This document shows, piece by piece, positions 1 through 10,982 of a stretch of 64,000 nt of DNA. How positions within the stretch are numbered: position 1 is the stretch's first letter; each line of letters opens with the position of its first letter. The stretch covers positions 246,636,001-246,700,000 of the forward strand of contig OZ024742.1 of the NCBI GenBank assembly GCA_964016885.1, written 5' to 3'. A model generated the notes under the pieces. It did not search any database, was not told the DNA's origin, and was given only the letters and a program-made list of their open reading frames with translations. Origin of the DNA: Eledone cirrhosa. Lineage: Eukaryota. The translations under genes and the position numbers were made by a program.

Positions 1-34
<34 letters not shown>

Positions 35-502
35 ACATTTATAAATGTGAAGACAAAATAAACAAAATATAACTAATTTTTTCTTCGAAGTCCCGACTAT
101 ACAGTTTATATATATATCCTTCAGTGAATGCGACGTGAAGGTTTTACATTATTAATTTCGATTTATTGTATTACATAACATCCATTAAGTACATTTTGAA
201 GCCATTAGGCATAGACTACGTATTGCTACGTGAATATATTGGTGTAAATATATGTCAACAATGTCTGTGATATGCCAGCTATCTAGCATTGGTATTGACT
301 GTCCGAGTTTCAACTACCTTACATGATGGTTAGAAATCGGATACCATACGTATAATACGAATTACTACTCTTCTAGATACACAAAGCATGAAGCGCGTAA
401 GCCTTATTACACCATAGTTCTTTGACCGAGTGGATCAACAAACACTGCTATTTAAAGACACAGACACAAACACACACACACACGCACACACACACACACA
501 CA

Positions 503-549
<47 letters not shown>

Positions 550-583
550 ACACACACACACACACATATATATATATAAACAA

Positions 584-645
<62 letters not shown>

Positions 646-1321
646 ACATATGTGTGTGTGTGTGTACATAGATATATGTGTTTGTGTGTGAGTGTATGCG
701 TTGGTTGACAAAGCTCGCCGAACAGAATCCGTGTAGCTTCGCCCGTTCGCCACTCACTCAATTATATTACAAAATGTGTGCGTAAGAAATTGCACTACAA
801 GTTATTATTACGTACGGACACGGCAACGCTTGGTAATTATAGTTGTATAATATAAACTCTTACTATCGATAGTTTCCGTACTACAATCTGATTATAACAG
901 TTACAACTGCAACTGTTATTCACAGTAGTTATGTAATATCTGCTGACATTCCAATATGGACCCTGCAGTATGTCCTCAGCAGGATGATCGTCCCCCTCAA
1001 ACGGAAAACGACACATCCAAGTCAAGTCTCTGCCATCACTAAATATAGTAGATGTAGGCTTGTAGTGACCATCCACTGAAGAGATAAGTCAAACTGACCA
1101 TTGTGAGGAAACGCTGTGGCTGGAAATTGAAAATATATAAATTGTTTTCATTCACTTGATTGTGGCCAGACTGGGGCACCACCACAATAGTATTGCTCGA
1201 TCGTATGAAGCCACAAAGAATTGTACTTTTTTATCAATTTATTTTTCTCGAATGCTTAATGACACCAAGGTATCCAACTCAACTAACTATTTCCCATCGG
1301 TATACACAAACTGACCTACAT

Positions 1322-1382
<61 letters not shown>

Positions 1383-1384
<2 letters not shown>

Positions 1385-1625
1385 CGAGGGTCGGCTGAAA
1401 AGTTCATGGGCTGACCAAGATACTTACATGAGGTTTATTATTCAATCTATTACCTCGTGCGGTCAACACGATGTTGCTGTGCTTGTATCCCATTTTTTCC
1501 CAAGTTATCAACAATAGATGACATCATCACCGCGATGCTGGTTCCCAATCTAGTGCTTTTCATGTTGGGGAACAGCTGATAGTCAGATGGGGCCAAATTA
1601 GGAGAATAGGATGGGTGATCAATCA
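1383..1625 (-). mobile_element. Mariner (Tc1/mariner) transposon remnant: one terminal inverted repeat plus decayed transposase C-terminus
   Basis: TA followed by CGAGGGTCGGCTGAAAAGTTC, a mariner-type terminus, at 1383. The minus strand at ~1555-1622 translates DHPSYSPNLAPSDYQLFPNMK, matching the mariner YSPDLAPxDY motif. Confidence 0.8.
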
Positions 1626-1649
1626 CTCTGACTGCGGCCGAGACACCAC

Positions 1650-2400
1650 CCGTTGATTAATTTATCATTTACGCGGTCATGCAAATGCATGACGCTGGCC
1701 TCAGGGGTGGAGGATGGATTGGGGGTACTCGAGGGTGGGGTGTGTGGCGTCCCTAGGCATGCTTGGAATGAGCGCTTGCCCGAGGACGAAACATTGGCCT
1801 TGACGAAGGCTGCTGTCGACCGGCCGCCCTGGTCAGCACCAAAGCTGGGGAGGCCGAGGGCGAGTGGGGCGAAATAAAAGAGTCGCTCCCAGTCGATAGC
1901 TCGATTGGAGTCCAGGGCACTCTCAATCGAGGAGGCGAGGGCATCGGCTACCGGCACCCGGGCGCTCTCGGGGTCCTGAGCCGGAGCCGCCTGAGCCGAG
2001 CGATGCTGACCAGCGAGGCTTGGGCGTCAGGCAACCTCGCTGTCTCATCTGGTGGTGTGCCAGACGGCCGTGGCTGGGCAGACGAGGGGAAGAGGCAGTT
2101 CCTGTATCGCCACGCTGCGAGGGCATTGGAAGCTCGACGTGTCAAGCCAACACAGGTGAGGTGGTGGAAGCAGCCGCACCCCGAACAGTTCCGGCTCCTC
2201 TTCCGTCTGTTAGTGGTGCTGCAAGTGCTGCAGGTGTCGGCTTGGGGAGATGGGGGCTGGACGTGGGGCCGGGGACTGGGGCACCGAGCGGCATCGGGGG
2301 TGAGTGGCTGGCGTATGTGGATAGAAGGGAAAATGCTGGTAAGAGGGTCTCATAGCTCACTTACATCAGATATAGAGGCGTCACAAGACAAGAGAGAAAA
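1650..2400 (-). mobile_element. GC-rich decayed 5' ORF fragment of a non-LTR retrotransposon (CRE/RLE-like, tentative)
   Basis: ORF 1619-1957 and adjacent codons read PESARVPVADALASSI...DWERLFYFAPLALGLP...GGRS. This resembles the IPxxAR...W..L..F...L..P..GG N-terminal region of CRE-like elements, recognised from memory only. The fragment is frameshifted. Confidence 0.4.
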
Positions 2401-2603
2401 GAAGGGGGTGGGAGGTGGGCACACAAGAAGGTAGAATGTTAGCAAATGAATGAGTGAATGGATGAATGTACAAAAAAAATACAAAAAAAACCAAATGGGG
2501 GGGGGGGGGGGACACAACACTGGGTGTGCAACTGTTGACTTCCGAAAGAGTTCGTATACAGAGTTCGTATAATTGAAGCCGTGTGTTACTGTTCAGTATT
2601 ATC

Positions 2604-3335
2604 GGTGGATTGGCAGTATCGGTAGAGTGTCGCACGCCATACTTTCACGCATAGACTTACGGCCCTTTCCATTCAAATCCCACCCACGTTCAAATGCCGC
2701 CGAGGTTAACTTTGTCTTTCATCCTTACGGGATCGATAAAATAAAGTACCAGTAATGCACTGGGATAATTGCTGGCCTTGTGCCAAAAGTAGAAACAATT
2801 ATTATAATAATTGTTTTACACCATAGAGCTACGGCCTTCCACGCTACGAGCCCAAATCCTGCCGAGGTCAACCCTGTCCTTTATCCTCACGGAGCCGACA
2901 AAACAAGGATCCAGCAATGCGCTGGGACAATCGCTGCCCCGTGCTAACAACAGAATAATTACTATTATTGGCAGTATCGATAGAGGGTCGGACACCATGC
3001 TTTCCAGCATAATTATGTCCCTTTACGGTATGGGTTCAAATCCCGCCGAGGTTGACTTTGCCTTTCATCCTTACGGGGTCGATAAAATAAAGTACCAGTA
3101 ATACACTGGGTTATTGCTGGCCTTGTGCCAAATGTAGAAACAATTATTATAGTTGTTGGATTGGCAGTATCGGTAAAGGGTTGGACGCCATGCTTTGACG
3201 TATAGAGTTACGGCCCTTGCTATTCTGAGTTCAAATCCCGCCGAGGTTAACTTTGCCTTTCATAAAATAAAGTACCAGTAATACACTGAAATATGTGCTG
3301 GCCTTGTGCCAAAAGTAGAAACAATTATTATAGTT
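2604..3335 (+). mobile_element. Head-to-tail array of four tRNA-type SINE copies (~150-200 bp each)
   Basis: Repeated A-box-like TGGCAGTATCGGTAGAG, B-box GTTCAAATCC, body GCCGAGGTTAACTTTGCCTTTCATCCTTACGGGGTCGATAAAATAAAGTACCAG and tail GGCCTTGTGCCAAAAGTAGAAACAATTATTA. Confidence 0.85.
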
Positions 3336-4194
3336 GTTGTTTTCTTAAGGCCCGATAGCTGGTGATGGTGATGGTGGTGGCGGTGGTGGTGGATGGTGGC
3401 AGTGATAGTGGTGGCATTTGATGATGTTGTTGTTCCTCTTGATGTTCATTTCATTCTGCTGCTGCTGCAGACAATGGTGTTGTTGATGTTGTTGTAGAGA
3501 AAGGAGTTTGGCAACAGGTCAATCACCTTAATCTAGATAGGGTAATGACTTGTGTAAATGTGGTGGTGGTGGTAGGGAGCGAGTGTAGACGTTATTCTGG
3601 TGGCGGGGGGAAGTGAGATGTATCTAGTTCATAGTTCACTTGTCCGTTTTCCTCTCTTTCCAAAAGTTTGAATTTATAGCCATTTGCATTGGGAGGCAAG
3701 TAAACGTAAAATGTAAAATGTAAATAAAGATTGCTCTGGGAAAAAAAAATATATGGAATATTTGTGTAGCTTCCACAGCTTGTATCAGGACATTTCCCGA
3801 GTCCAGTCAGCAAAGATGTTGTATTGAATACAAAAATTAATCAAAACTTACCCCCATGAAAAACAGCGTGTGTTGTCAGAAAAATTATTGTAATTTGGGT
3901 CTCGATTTTCATGGATTTAAGATTATCAAACTTATAAATAGAAATCCGATTTGGTTGAGCAATTCATTTGGGGGCAAGTTTCATTACAATTGACAAACGA
4001 TCAAGTCACTTGAAATCAGGGTTATAGTTCAGTTTCTTGTCTTAGATATCCTGGGACTCTGTTTTGGTCAAGCTTAAGTCTTGTTATACTAGGCTATATC
4101 TCGTCACTGCCTTTAAAGCGGTAGCATGTTTATAGCATAGGGTAATAAAATTGTGTATCATTCTTGCCTTTCTCAGAAATATTAACGATTCTAC

Positions 4195-4394
4195 GTTCTG
4201 ATGCAATTTCCTAACTAGCCCAGCTTCTCAAGATTTGTACTGAGGGAGTTAGTAACATATCCAATTATCCCAATAATCACAAGTAGAACGGTAAAGGTAG
4301 TGTCAATGTTGAGTTTCTGCAGGTCCCTCATTAGTTCAGCTTAACTCTTTAACCTTATATTAACATCTGCTGGGTAACTGATTTCCACTACTAT
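4195..4394 (-). mobile_element. Old 3' fragment of an R4/Dong-like LINE (RLE end)
   Basis: Aligns by eye to 4790-5015 (ctaactag...cttctcaa...cccaataatcaca...ctgcag...atttc(c/a)acta). Confidence 0.65.
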
Positions 4395-4504
4395 CTCTCT
4401 CTCACGCTCTACCTCTATCTTTCTACTTATGTTTGTATGTTTGTATGTATGTATGTGTGTATGTATGTATGTATGTGTGTATGTATGTATGTATGTATGT
4501 ATGT

Positions 4505-6601
4505 TTTTATAATTTCACAAATATTTTCCCAATAGAGAGAGAGAGTCGGTTTCTAACATAGACACAAGACTCTCTCATTGGAATTTACACATCAACTAGG
4601 TAGATTATGTATGCATGCATGTGTAGATATGGATGTTATTGTATGTGTGGATATGTATGTTTTGAGTTGTATGTGTGCATGTGTATATGCTTTGTATCTG
4701 TACATGTGTATATGCAGTTATTAGATGCAAAGTTTTTGGAATGTTTTACATATTTTTACTGTTCCATTAATGGATTGTACTTATAATTTCCTAACTAGTT
4801 GTGTTCTTTCTGTTCCCGTGAAGCATAGCTTCTCAAAATTTGTATTGAGGCAGTTACTAACATACCCCAGTGCCCCAATAATCACAGGCATAAATCTGAA
4901 GGTGTAATCAGGGTGGAGTATCTGCAGCTTTCTCCTCAGTTCTGTATAAATATTCTCCTTTTCGCTAATCTTTGATATTATATTGGCATCTGATGGGCAG
5001 CTAATTTCAACTACTGTGCATGCTTTCTTCTCCCTGTCCCATACCATAATATCTGGTCTGTTATGCCTGCATTTTATTAGGGTTTTTACTGTAACATTCC
5101 ACCAGTACTCTTTCATATGTACGTGGATGTCTTCCACATTGCTGTAGCTTTTAATGTGTTTATTATCGGGGCTATCTTTTTTACGAACTGCATTGTACAG
5201 TGTTTTGGGTACTACATCATGCCTCATAGGTAGATAGTACCGCGATGACATCTTTGGACAGCTGCTGATGACATGGGTGATATCCTCGATGTTAGTTCTG
5301 CAGAGTCTGCACTTGTTATCACATCTACGTGTTTTGCCTGCATCTCTATCTCTTTTGTGAATCAGGTATTTTGTGTTAATCCCCTGTTCTTGGATTGCAA
5401 AAGCGTATCCTTTAAAGTGGGAGCCAATATAGCGGTTGTTTTGTCCAAGATACACTACTTTCCTTATCTATACTACTCTCACTCTGGAGCTTCCTGGCAA
5501 CATATCCATGCATGATTTTTTTGCTGATAAGCATGCAGTTTTTCATCCATGGATTCACTGCGATACTGCTGAGCGACTTCCCTCGGTGTGAGTTTTTGAT
5601 TATCACACAGGGAATATCTTTCGAGGAGTTCCTTCCCAACTCTCAAGATCTTATCTGTTGCATGCAGATAGATTTGCTCGAGAGACGGGCTCCTACGCTT
5701 CGAGGTTCGTAGATGTTGTCGGAGAGACATGATGCGACATTCAAATGCTGTCTGGACTGATGTTAGGCTTCTGCCTCCTTGCTTACGTTTCAAGTAAAGA
5801 CGGTCTATGTCACTGTTGATGTGGAAGTTTCCGGTGTTGTTTAGTATTTTTCGAGTTCCAACATCAACTGCTCGGATTTCGTCTATCGTCCAATTGAGTA
5901 TTCCAAACGTTGGTGTTAGGACAGGCACAGCAAACACATTGTGAGCCACTGTTTTGTTTTGCGCAGAGAGTTCCGATAACCAAAACTTTCTTAATCGGCT
6001 GTAGTATTCCCTGGTTACGCGTTCCTTTTACAGATACCATTATAGCATATGTTCTCATCTATCCCCAGGTATCTGTAGCAGTCCTCATCAGATATCGGTG
6101 AAACAGTTAGGCCATTGATGACAATGTTGCTAGATTGGGTTGTTGTTTTTCCCCGCTTTACAGTCATGTATGAGAATTTATCTTGGCCAAACTCCATTCC
6201 TATATCCTTTGAGAATGTTGTAACCAGGTCAAGATTTTTCATCATCCCATCCATGTTCTTGGCATAGAGTTTCAGATCGTCCACAAAGAAATTATGGGTT
6301 AGGTCCGTATTTCTGTCCTCCTGTGAGCCAATGATGTATCCCTCACATTTCTTGAGCAGAAAGGACAAGGGGTTTAATGACAAGATGAATATTATCACAG
6401 AGAGACTGTCCCCCTGAAATATACCCCTGCGATATTTTATTTTATCAGTGAAAATAGAGTCCTCCCTCTCTGTCTTTAACCTTAGGATAGTAGCCCAAGA
6501 AGAAGACAGCCTCTCTATGGCTCTGACAATAATGTCTGGGACTTTAGCAAGTTGGAGGGCCTCTATCATCCAACAGTGGGGAACAGAATCGAAAGCTTTC
6601 C
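4505..6601 (-). mobile_element. 5'-truncated R4/Dong-clade non-LTR retrotransposon (RT + CCHC + restriction-like endonuclease), frameshifted
   Basis: RT motifs KAFDSVPH, RGIFQGDSLS, FVDDLKLY, YRYLG and GGRSL; zinc knuckle CRLC-x7-HVISSC; RLE motifs RHD, RPDI, VEISCP and KxxxY. Spread over ORFs 6015-6569, 5479-5949 and 4781-5455. Flanked on both sides by (TATG)n. Confidence 0.9.
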
Positions 6602-6654
6602 TGTATGTATGTATGTATGTATGTATGTATGTATGTATGTATGTATGTATGTAT

Positions 6655-6897
6655 GGAATAACTCTGATATAAAACCTGCGGCTCAGTAGTTACCGATGAT
6701 GTTGATCTTTTCTTCTTTTCGAGTTATAGCTACTGTCGTTCAGAGATTGGGATTGGTTCAGTGCGCAGTCTTTCCTCACTTTAAGAAATATCTTCATGCA
6801 CAGGCATTGCACGATAGAATTAATTAATAATTATTAATAATGGTATATCATGCAATGGCCATACTCGATAACGAGGGGGCAGCCATCATCATCATGT
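6655..6897 (+). mobile_element. Short RTE-derived non-autonomous fragment
   Basis: Starts AACTCTGATATAAAACCTGC (compare 17630-17651). Ends ACTCGATAACGAGGGGGCAGCCATCATCAT, the same 3' stem-loop motif as 17962-17988 and 53543-53570. Confidence 0.5.
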
Positions 6898-6932
6898 AAG
6901 TATGTATGTATCTATCTATCTATCTATCTATC

Positions 6933-9376
6933 TCCGGATGGTATAGACGTTCTTCACATCGGCTCCTCTATTGTGGATGTATTACGTGTTGACAGTAAGT
7001 GTTTGTCTGTATTCTTGCGTTATTGTGTTAATTAACCCCCTTGCCTGGGTCTTCGGACATTAGGGTTAATTTATTTCACTCCTTTTGGGGTGAAATTTTT
7101 CATCCTAAAAATCTTGTGATTGTCTCTACAATAGTGGTAATGGAAGCCATTACCACAGGTAACGATGACACGCCCACTAAACAAACTGAAGGAGAGCGGG
7201 TAGCGGAGGCAACAAGCCTCCCTACTGAAAGAATAATGATTATTAGAAACATTGAAAAAAAGGAGCCTAACGCTAATGAAAAAAATGTGGAAAAAATTAA
7301 CTCGGAGAAATTGCCAAAATTAATGGATGCCGTTTCGATTTTTCACGGTGCCACACTCACCAGCAAAGGTGAAAGAGAAGTAGTAGCTGTGACTACAAGT
7401 CTTTCGGACACTGAAAATATAAGTGAACTTTTTGAAGAAATGGAGTCTAACCCCAACGGGAAAAAAATGTGAACGCATACACCAACATAAATAACACAAA
7501 CACAACAAAAAATGATAATTGTAACAACAAAAAACAAGAAAACAACCTCATTTTGACAAATCTAAACAGAGAGAGGGCGAACAAAATGATGTTCGCTCAA
7601 ACCATTAAAAAAAACCCATTGTGTATGAACCTATTGACATTTCGAACATGGCCCAGCAAATGGAAAATGCACGAAAGTATATAACTTTGGAGGAGAATGG
7701 TCTATTTTCTTTAAATTCTCCCCCAGAGCTAAAAAAGGAAAATAGCTTAAAAACTATTATTTATAGGACAATATCAAACAAAACCCGTAAGCCAGTACAA
7801 CTCACACAGACAGAGGTTGAACTGGGTTTAAAAGATCATCTGAAAAACATTGTATTCATTCAGAAGGATAGACTCTACGGTAGTCTATCCATCCGAATGA
7901 AAGATAAATTGACGGCCGAAAAACATACCCTGGCCCCAATTGTGTCCCCCTTATTTACATTGTTCCCCACTTACTTGGGAAGAAAAACACAAAGATTGAC
8001 CATACACAGTATCGATCCAGATATTGATTTCTGGGCGGTACTGTGTGGCCTCCTCGACTTGAAAGAGGATGCAGTAATTTCGGTAGGTAAGTCTTCCAGC
8101 AACGAGTTCGGTGGAACTAGCCTGCAAGTTCTGGTGCAAATGCAGCCAGAACGAATTGTTAGGATCCCCGACCGTATATTGCTGGATGGGCTTGCCTACT
8201 TACACATCACAGTGGAGGGTAGACGACCCGCTTGTTACCTCTGTGGTGGCAGAGGTCACCTGAGGGCTGCCTGTTCCCAAGCAAACAAAAAAACACCGAT
8301 TTTGCCCACACCAACAACTACAGCACTACCAACACAACCTCCACCACCACCACACAAACAACTAACACAACTGAAAACAATCCCCCCATCCCCCCACACA
8401 GAAAACAAATACAATAACACACACACACACACCACAAACACGAGGCGAAAAGAACCCCTCCCCTCGAACACGGAAGACGACCCCTTTCGTCGTCAGACGG
8501 GTTGGGGGTGGGGGACCATTTAATAAAGTTAAAGAAAAAAAAGAAAACACACCACAGGAACACAAATACAAACAACCCCTCCCAAGACATAACACAGACA
8601 TCAACACAAAAAAACACATTTGGCCCGGGACCTATGAACAACTTCCAGAAGTCCCTGGTCCGGCAGTGCTACCGAGGGGCGCTGCCCGTTCGAGAAAAGC
8701 TCTACAGACACGGGCGCCCGAGCAGGGACCCCTAGAAAAAAATCTGTCCCAGATGTGTGCGCGACGAGGAAACCGTTGCGCACGCATTGGTACACTGCTC
8801 GGGCGTTGCCGATCTGTGGGGCTATGTCGAACGACTGCTGTCACGGGTGGGACCAATCCGGTTCACCACTGAGTCCATTGTAACGATCAAACCGCCTCCC
8901 CCTTTAAAAATGAAGGAGAGGCGGTCTTCCTCTGTGTAATAGCCATGGTGAAAGAGGTGGTATGGTGGACACGTTTGAAAGGGCTGAGGTCGGACACCTT
9001 TCTCTCCGGCCAACAACTGGTCCTTTTCTTTAAATACCATTTTAAGAGAAGGATCAGAATGGAGAGAGAGGTGCTCTACCCCAGCAAGTTTTATGAAAGG
9101 TGGGTGAAAGTAGCGAGAATGGCCCATGTGAATGGCCATTCTCTCTTTATCAGTCTGTAGGTGCCTGCAAAGGAGCACCCCTCTCTGTGCTCCTAAGGAA
9201 AAGGGTTGCACACTTTTTCGGGGGTGTGTGTAACCGCCAAAACACCTCCTCCTTATTGAGGACTGTATTGTTAATTTTATATTTGTTATTTGTGTTTTAC
9301 TCGCTCCTTTATGTAACCCCCCCCCTTGTATTTGTCACCTTCTTTTGTGCCCTCATAGCAAATAAATAGAAACTTA
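6933..9376 (+). mobile_element. Internally deleted Tx1-clade LINE: 5'UTR + ORF1 + last ~180 codons of ORF2 + 3'UTR
   Basis: ORF 7621-8523 is homologous to ORF1 of the 10768-16580 element (KDRLYGSL, VEGRRPxC, CYLCGGRGHLRAAC). At ~8616 it jumps to TFGPGPMNNFQKSL, the ORF2 C-terminus. AATAAA at 9361. (TATC)n on both flanks. Confidence 0.9.
7621..8523 (+). pseudogene. ORF1 (gag-like, CCHC zinc knuckle) of the deleted Tx1-like element
   Basis: CX2CX4HX4C knuckle followed by a Pro/Thr-rich tail. The upstream part (7140-7620) is broken by frameshifts. Confidence 0.8.
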
Positions 9377-9406
9377 TCTATCTATCTATGGCTCTCCCTC
9401 TCTCTC

Positions 9407-9481
<75 letters not shown>

Positions 9482-10306
9482 CAGAGAACGAGAGCGAGCG
9501 AGTGCGAGAGAGTTAGGTAAACACACACACATAGATATATATGTATTATGTAATATAACAGAGAGCTGATGGAAATTGAGTAAGTGTAATGTATTATGTA
9601 ACTGCAGCATAATTATACGAAACAATTTGTAGCCTCTTTGTATCCAAGCTATTGATGGCAATATATATATACACACACAAACATGCATATATATATATAC
9701 ATACACGAACATGCATATGCATACAAACATGCATACATATACACATAAATATATACACAAAGCACAGAGTAAAATACACTGAAATATTTGAACAGTCTTT
9801 ACAATTACATAAGCTTCAATATATCATTTTATCCTTAGATGGACATGTACAGAATATAATTTCCGATAATTATAAAATCAAAAATTAAAAACACATTCTT
9901 ATCATTAATCAAGCCAATTATAGTAGAATTCCTAATTTCCTACAATTATTTCAGTAAAACAGTTGAAACTAAATAACAATTATGGTTTGGTTTTATAATT
10001 TGTTTCATTAATCTCGTCATTAGCGTCTTAGTTTATATTGATTTTTAACATAGGCGCAAGGATTGATGCATATATTTTTTTCGGTGGTGGTGAAGGGATT
10101 ATACTGTGGGAATTATACATATAATAGGCGTAGCAATGGCTATGTTGTAATGGAATTCGTTTCGCAATCGCATGGCCTCAGCTTCAGTCCAACTACACGA
10201 AAAATGGTGCAAGTATCCTCTCCTATAGCCTCGGGTTGAACAAAGCTTTAAGCTTGAAACCTGGTAAACAGAAATTGTAGAGGTCCCTCGTGTATGATGG
10301 CTGATA

Positions 10307-10735
10307 TACACGTCATCTGATGGAGGTCCAATTAGATCCGAAAATTGATTAAAGATGTTTATAATGTTTTCAATATACAGAGAAATTCGTATTTTCTGGT
10401 ATGTATGTTTAAATGCCTACACAATAAATATGTTTTTGCAGTCTCGATTACACACTCTATATTTATACAGATATAACTCTATCACATGCTTCAGCTGCTA
10501 GCGACCTTAATTAATTACCAGAACGAGCACTAATCATATACAAACAAGTATGCCCATTTGGGCGAATGATTATACACACCCATCAAATACATGTTTCCTT
10601 GCGGTTGACAGGATTATGTACACGTCTTCTGATGACGGTCCAATTACATGCGAAAATCCATTAAAGGTGTTTATCATTTTTTTTTTCAATTTACAGGAAA
10701 ATTCGTATTTTCTGGCATGTTTACATGCCTACACT
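10307..10735 (+). repeat. Two diverged ~125-bp direct repeats ~312 bp apart, each containing a decayed minimal hammerhead motif
   Basis: 10307-10432 versus 10619-10735. Cores are CTGATGG...GAAAATTGATTA (10317) and CTGATGA...GAAAATCCATTA (10629). Confidence 0.6.
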
Positions 10736-10982
10736 TAGATATGTATATATATATATATATAGATAGATTTCTTTATTTACCATAAAGGCATAAAAAGAAG
10801 GGACAAATACAAAGGGGGAGTTTACATATAATCGAGTAAAAAGGGTGTAACATGAAAATAATCGAAAATAACCTCAAAAGGGAGGGGACGTGATGTGGGT
10901 TGCACACACCCCCGAAAAAGTGTGCAATCCTTTGCCCGGGGAGCACATGGAGAAGGTGCTCCCCTCTCCTTTACTTCTTTAC

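Noticed and set aside
940-1125. CTGAAGA...GAAAC (plus) and CTGAGGA (minus) hammerhead-like words
   Set aside because: Helix II does not pair and the triplet would end in G. The minus-strand word lacks GAAA.
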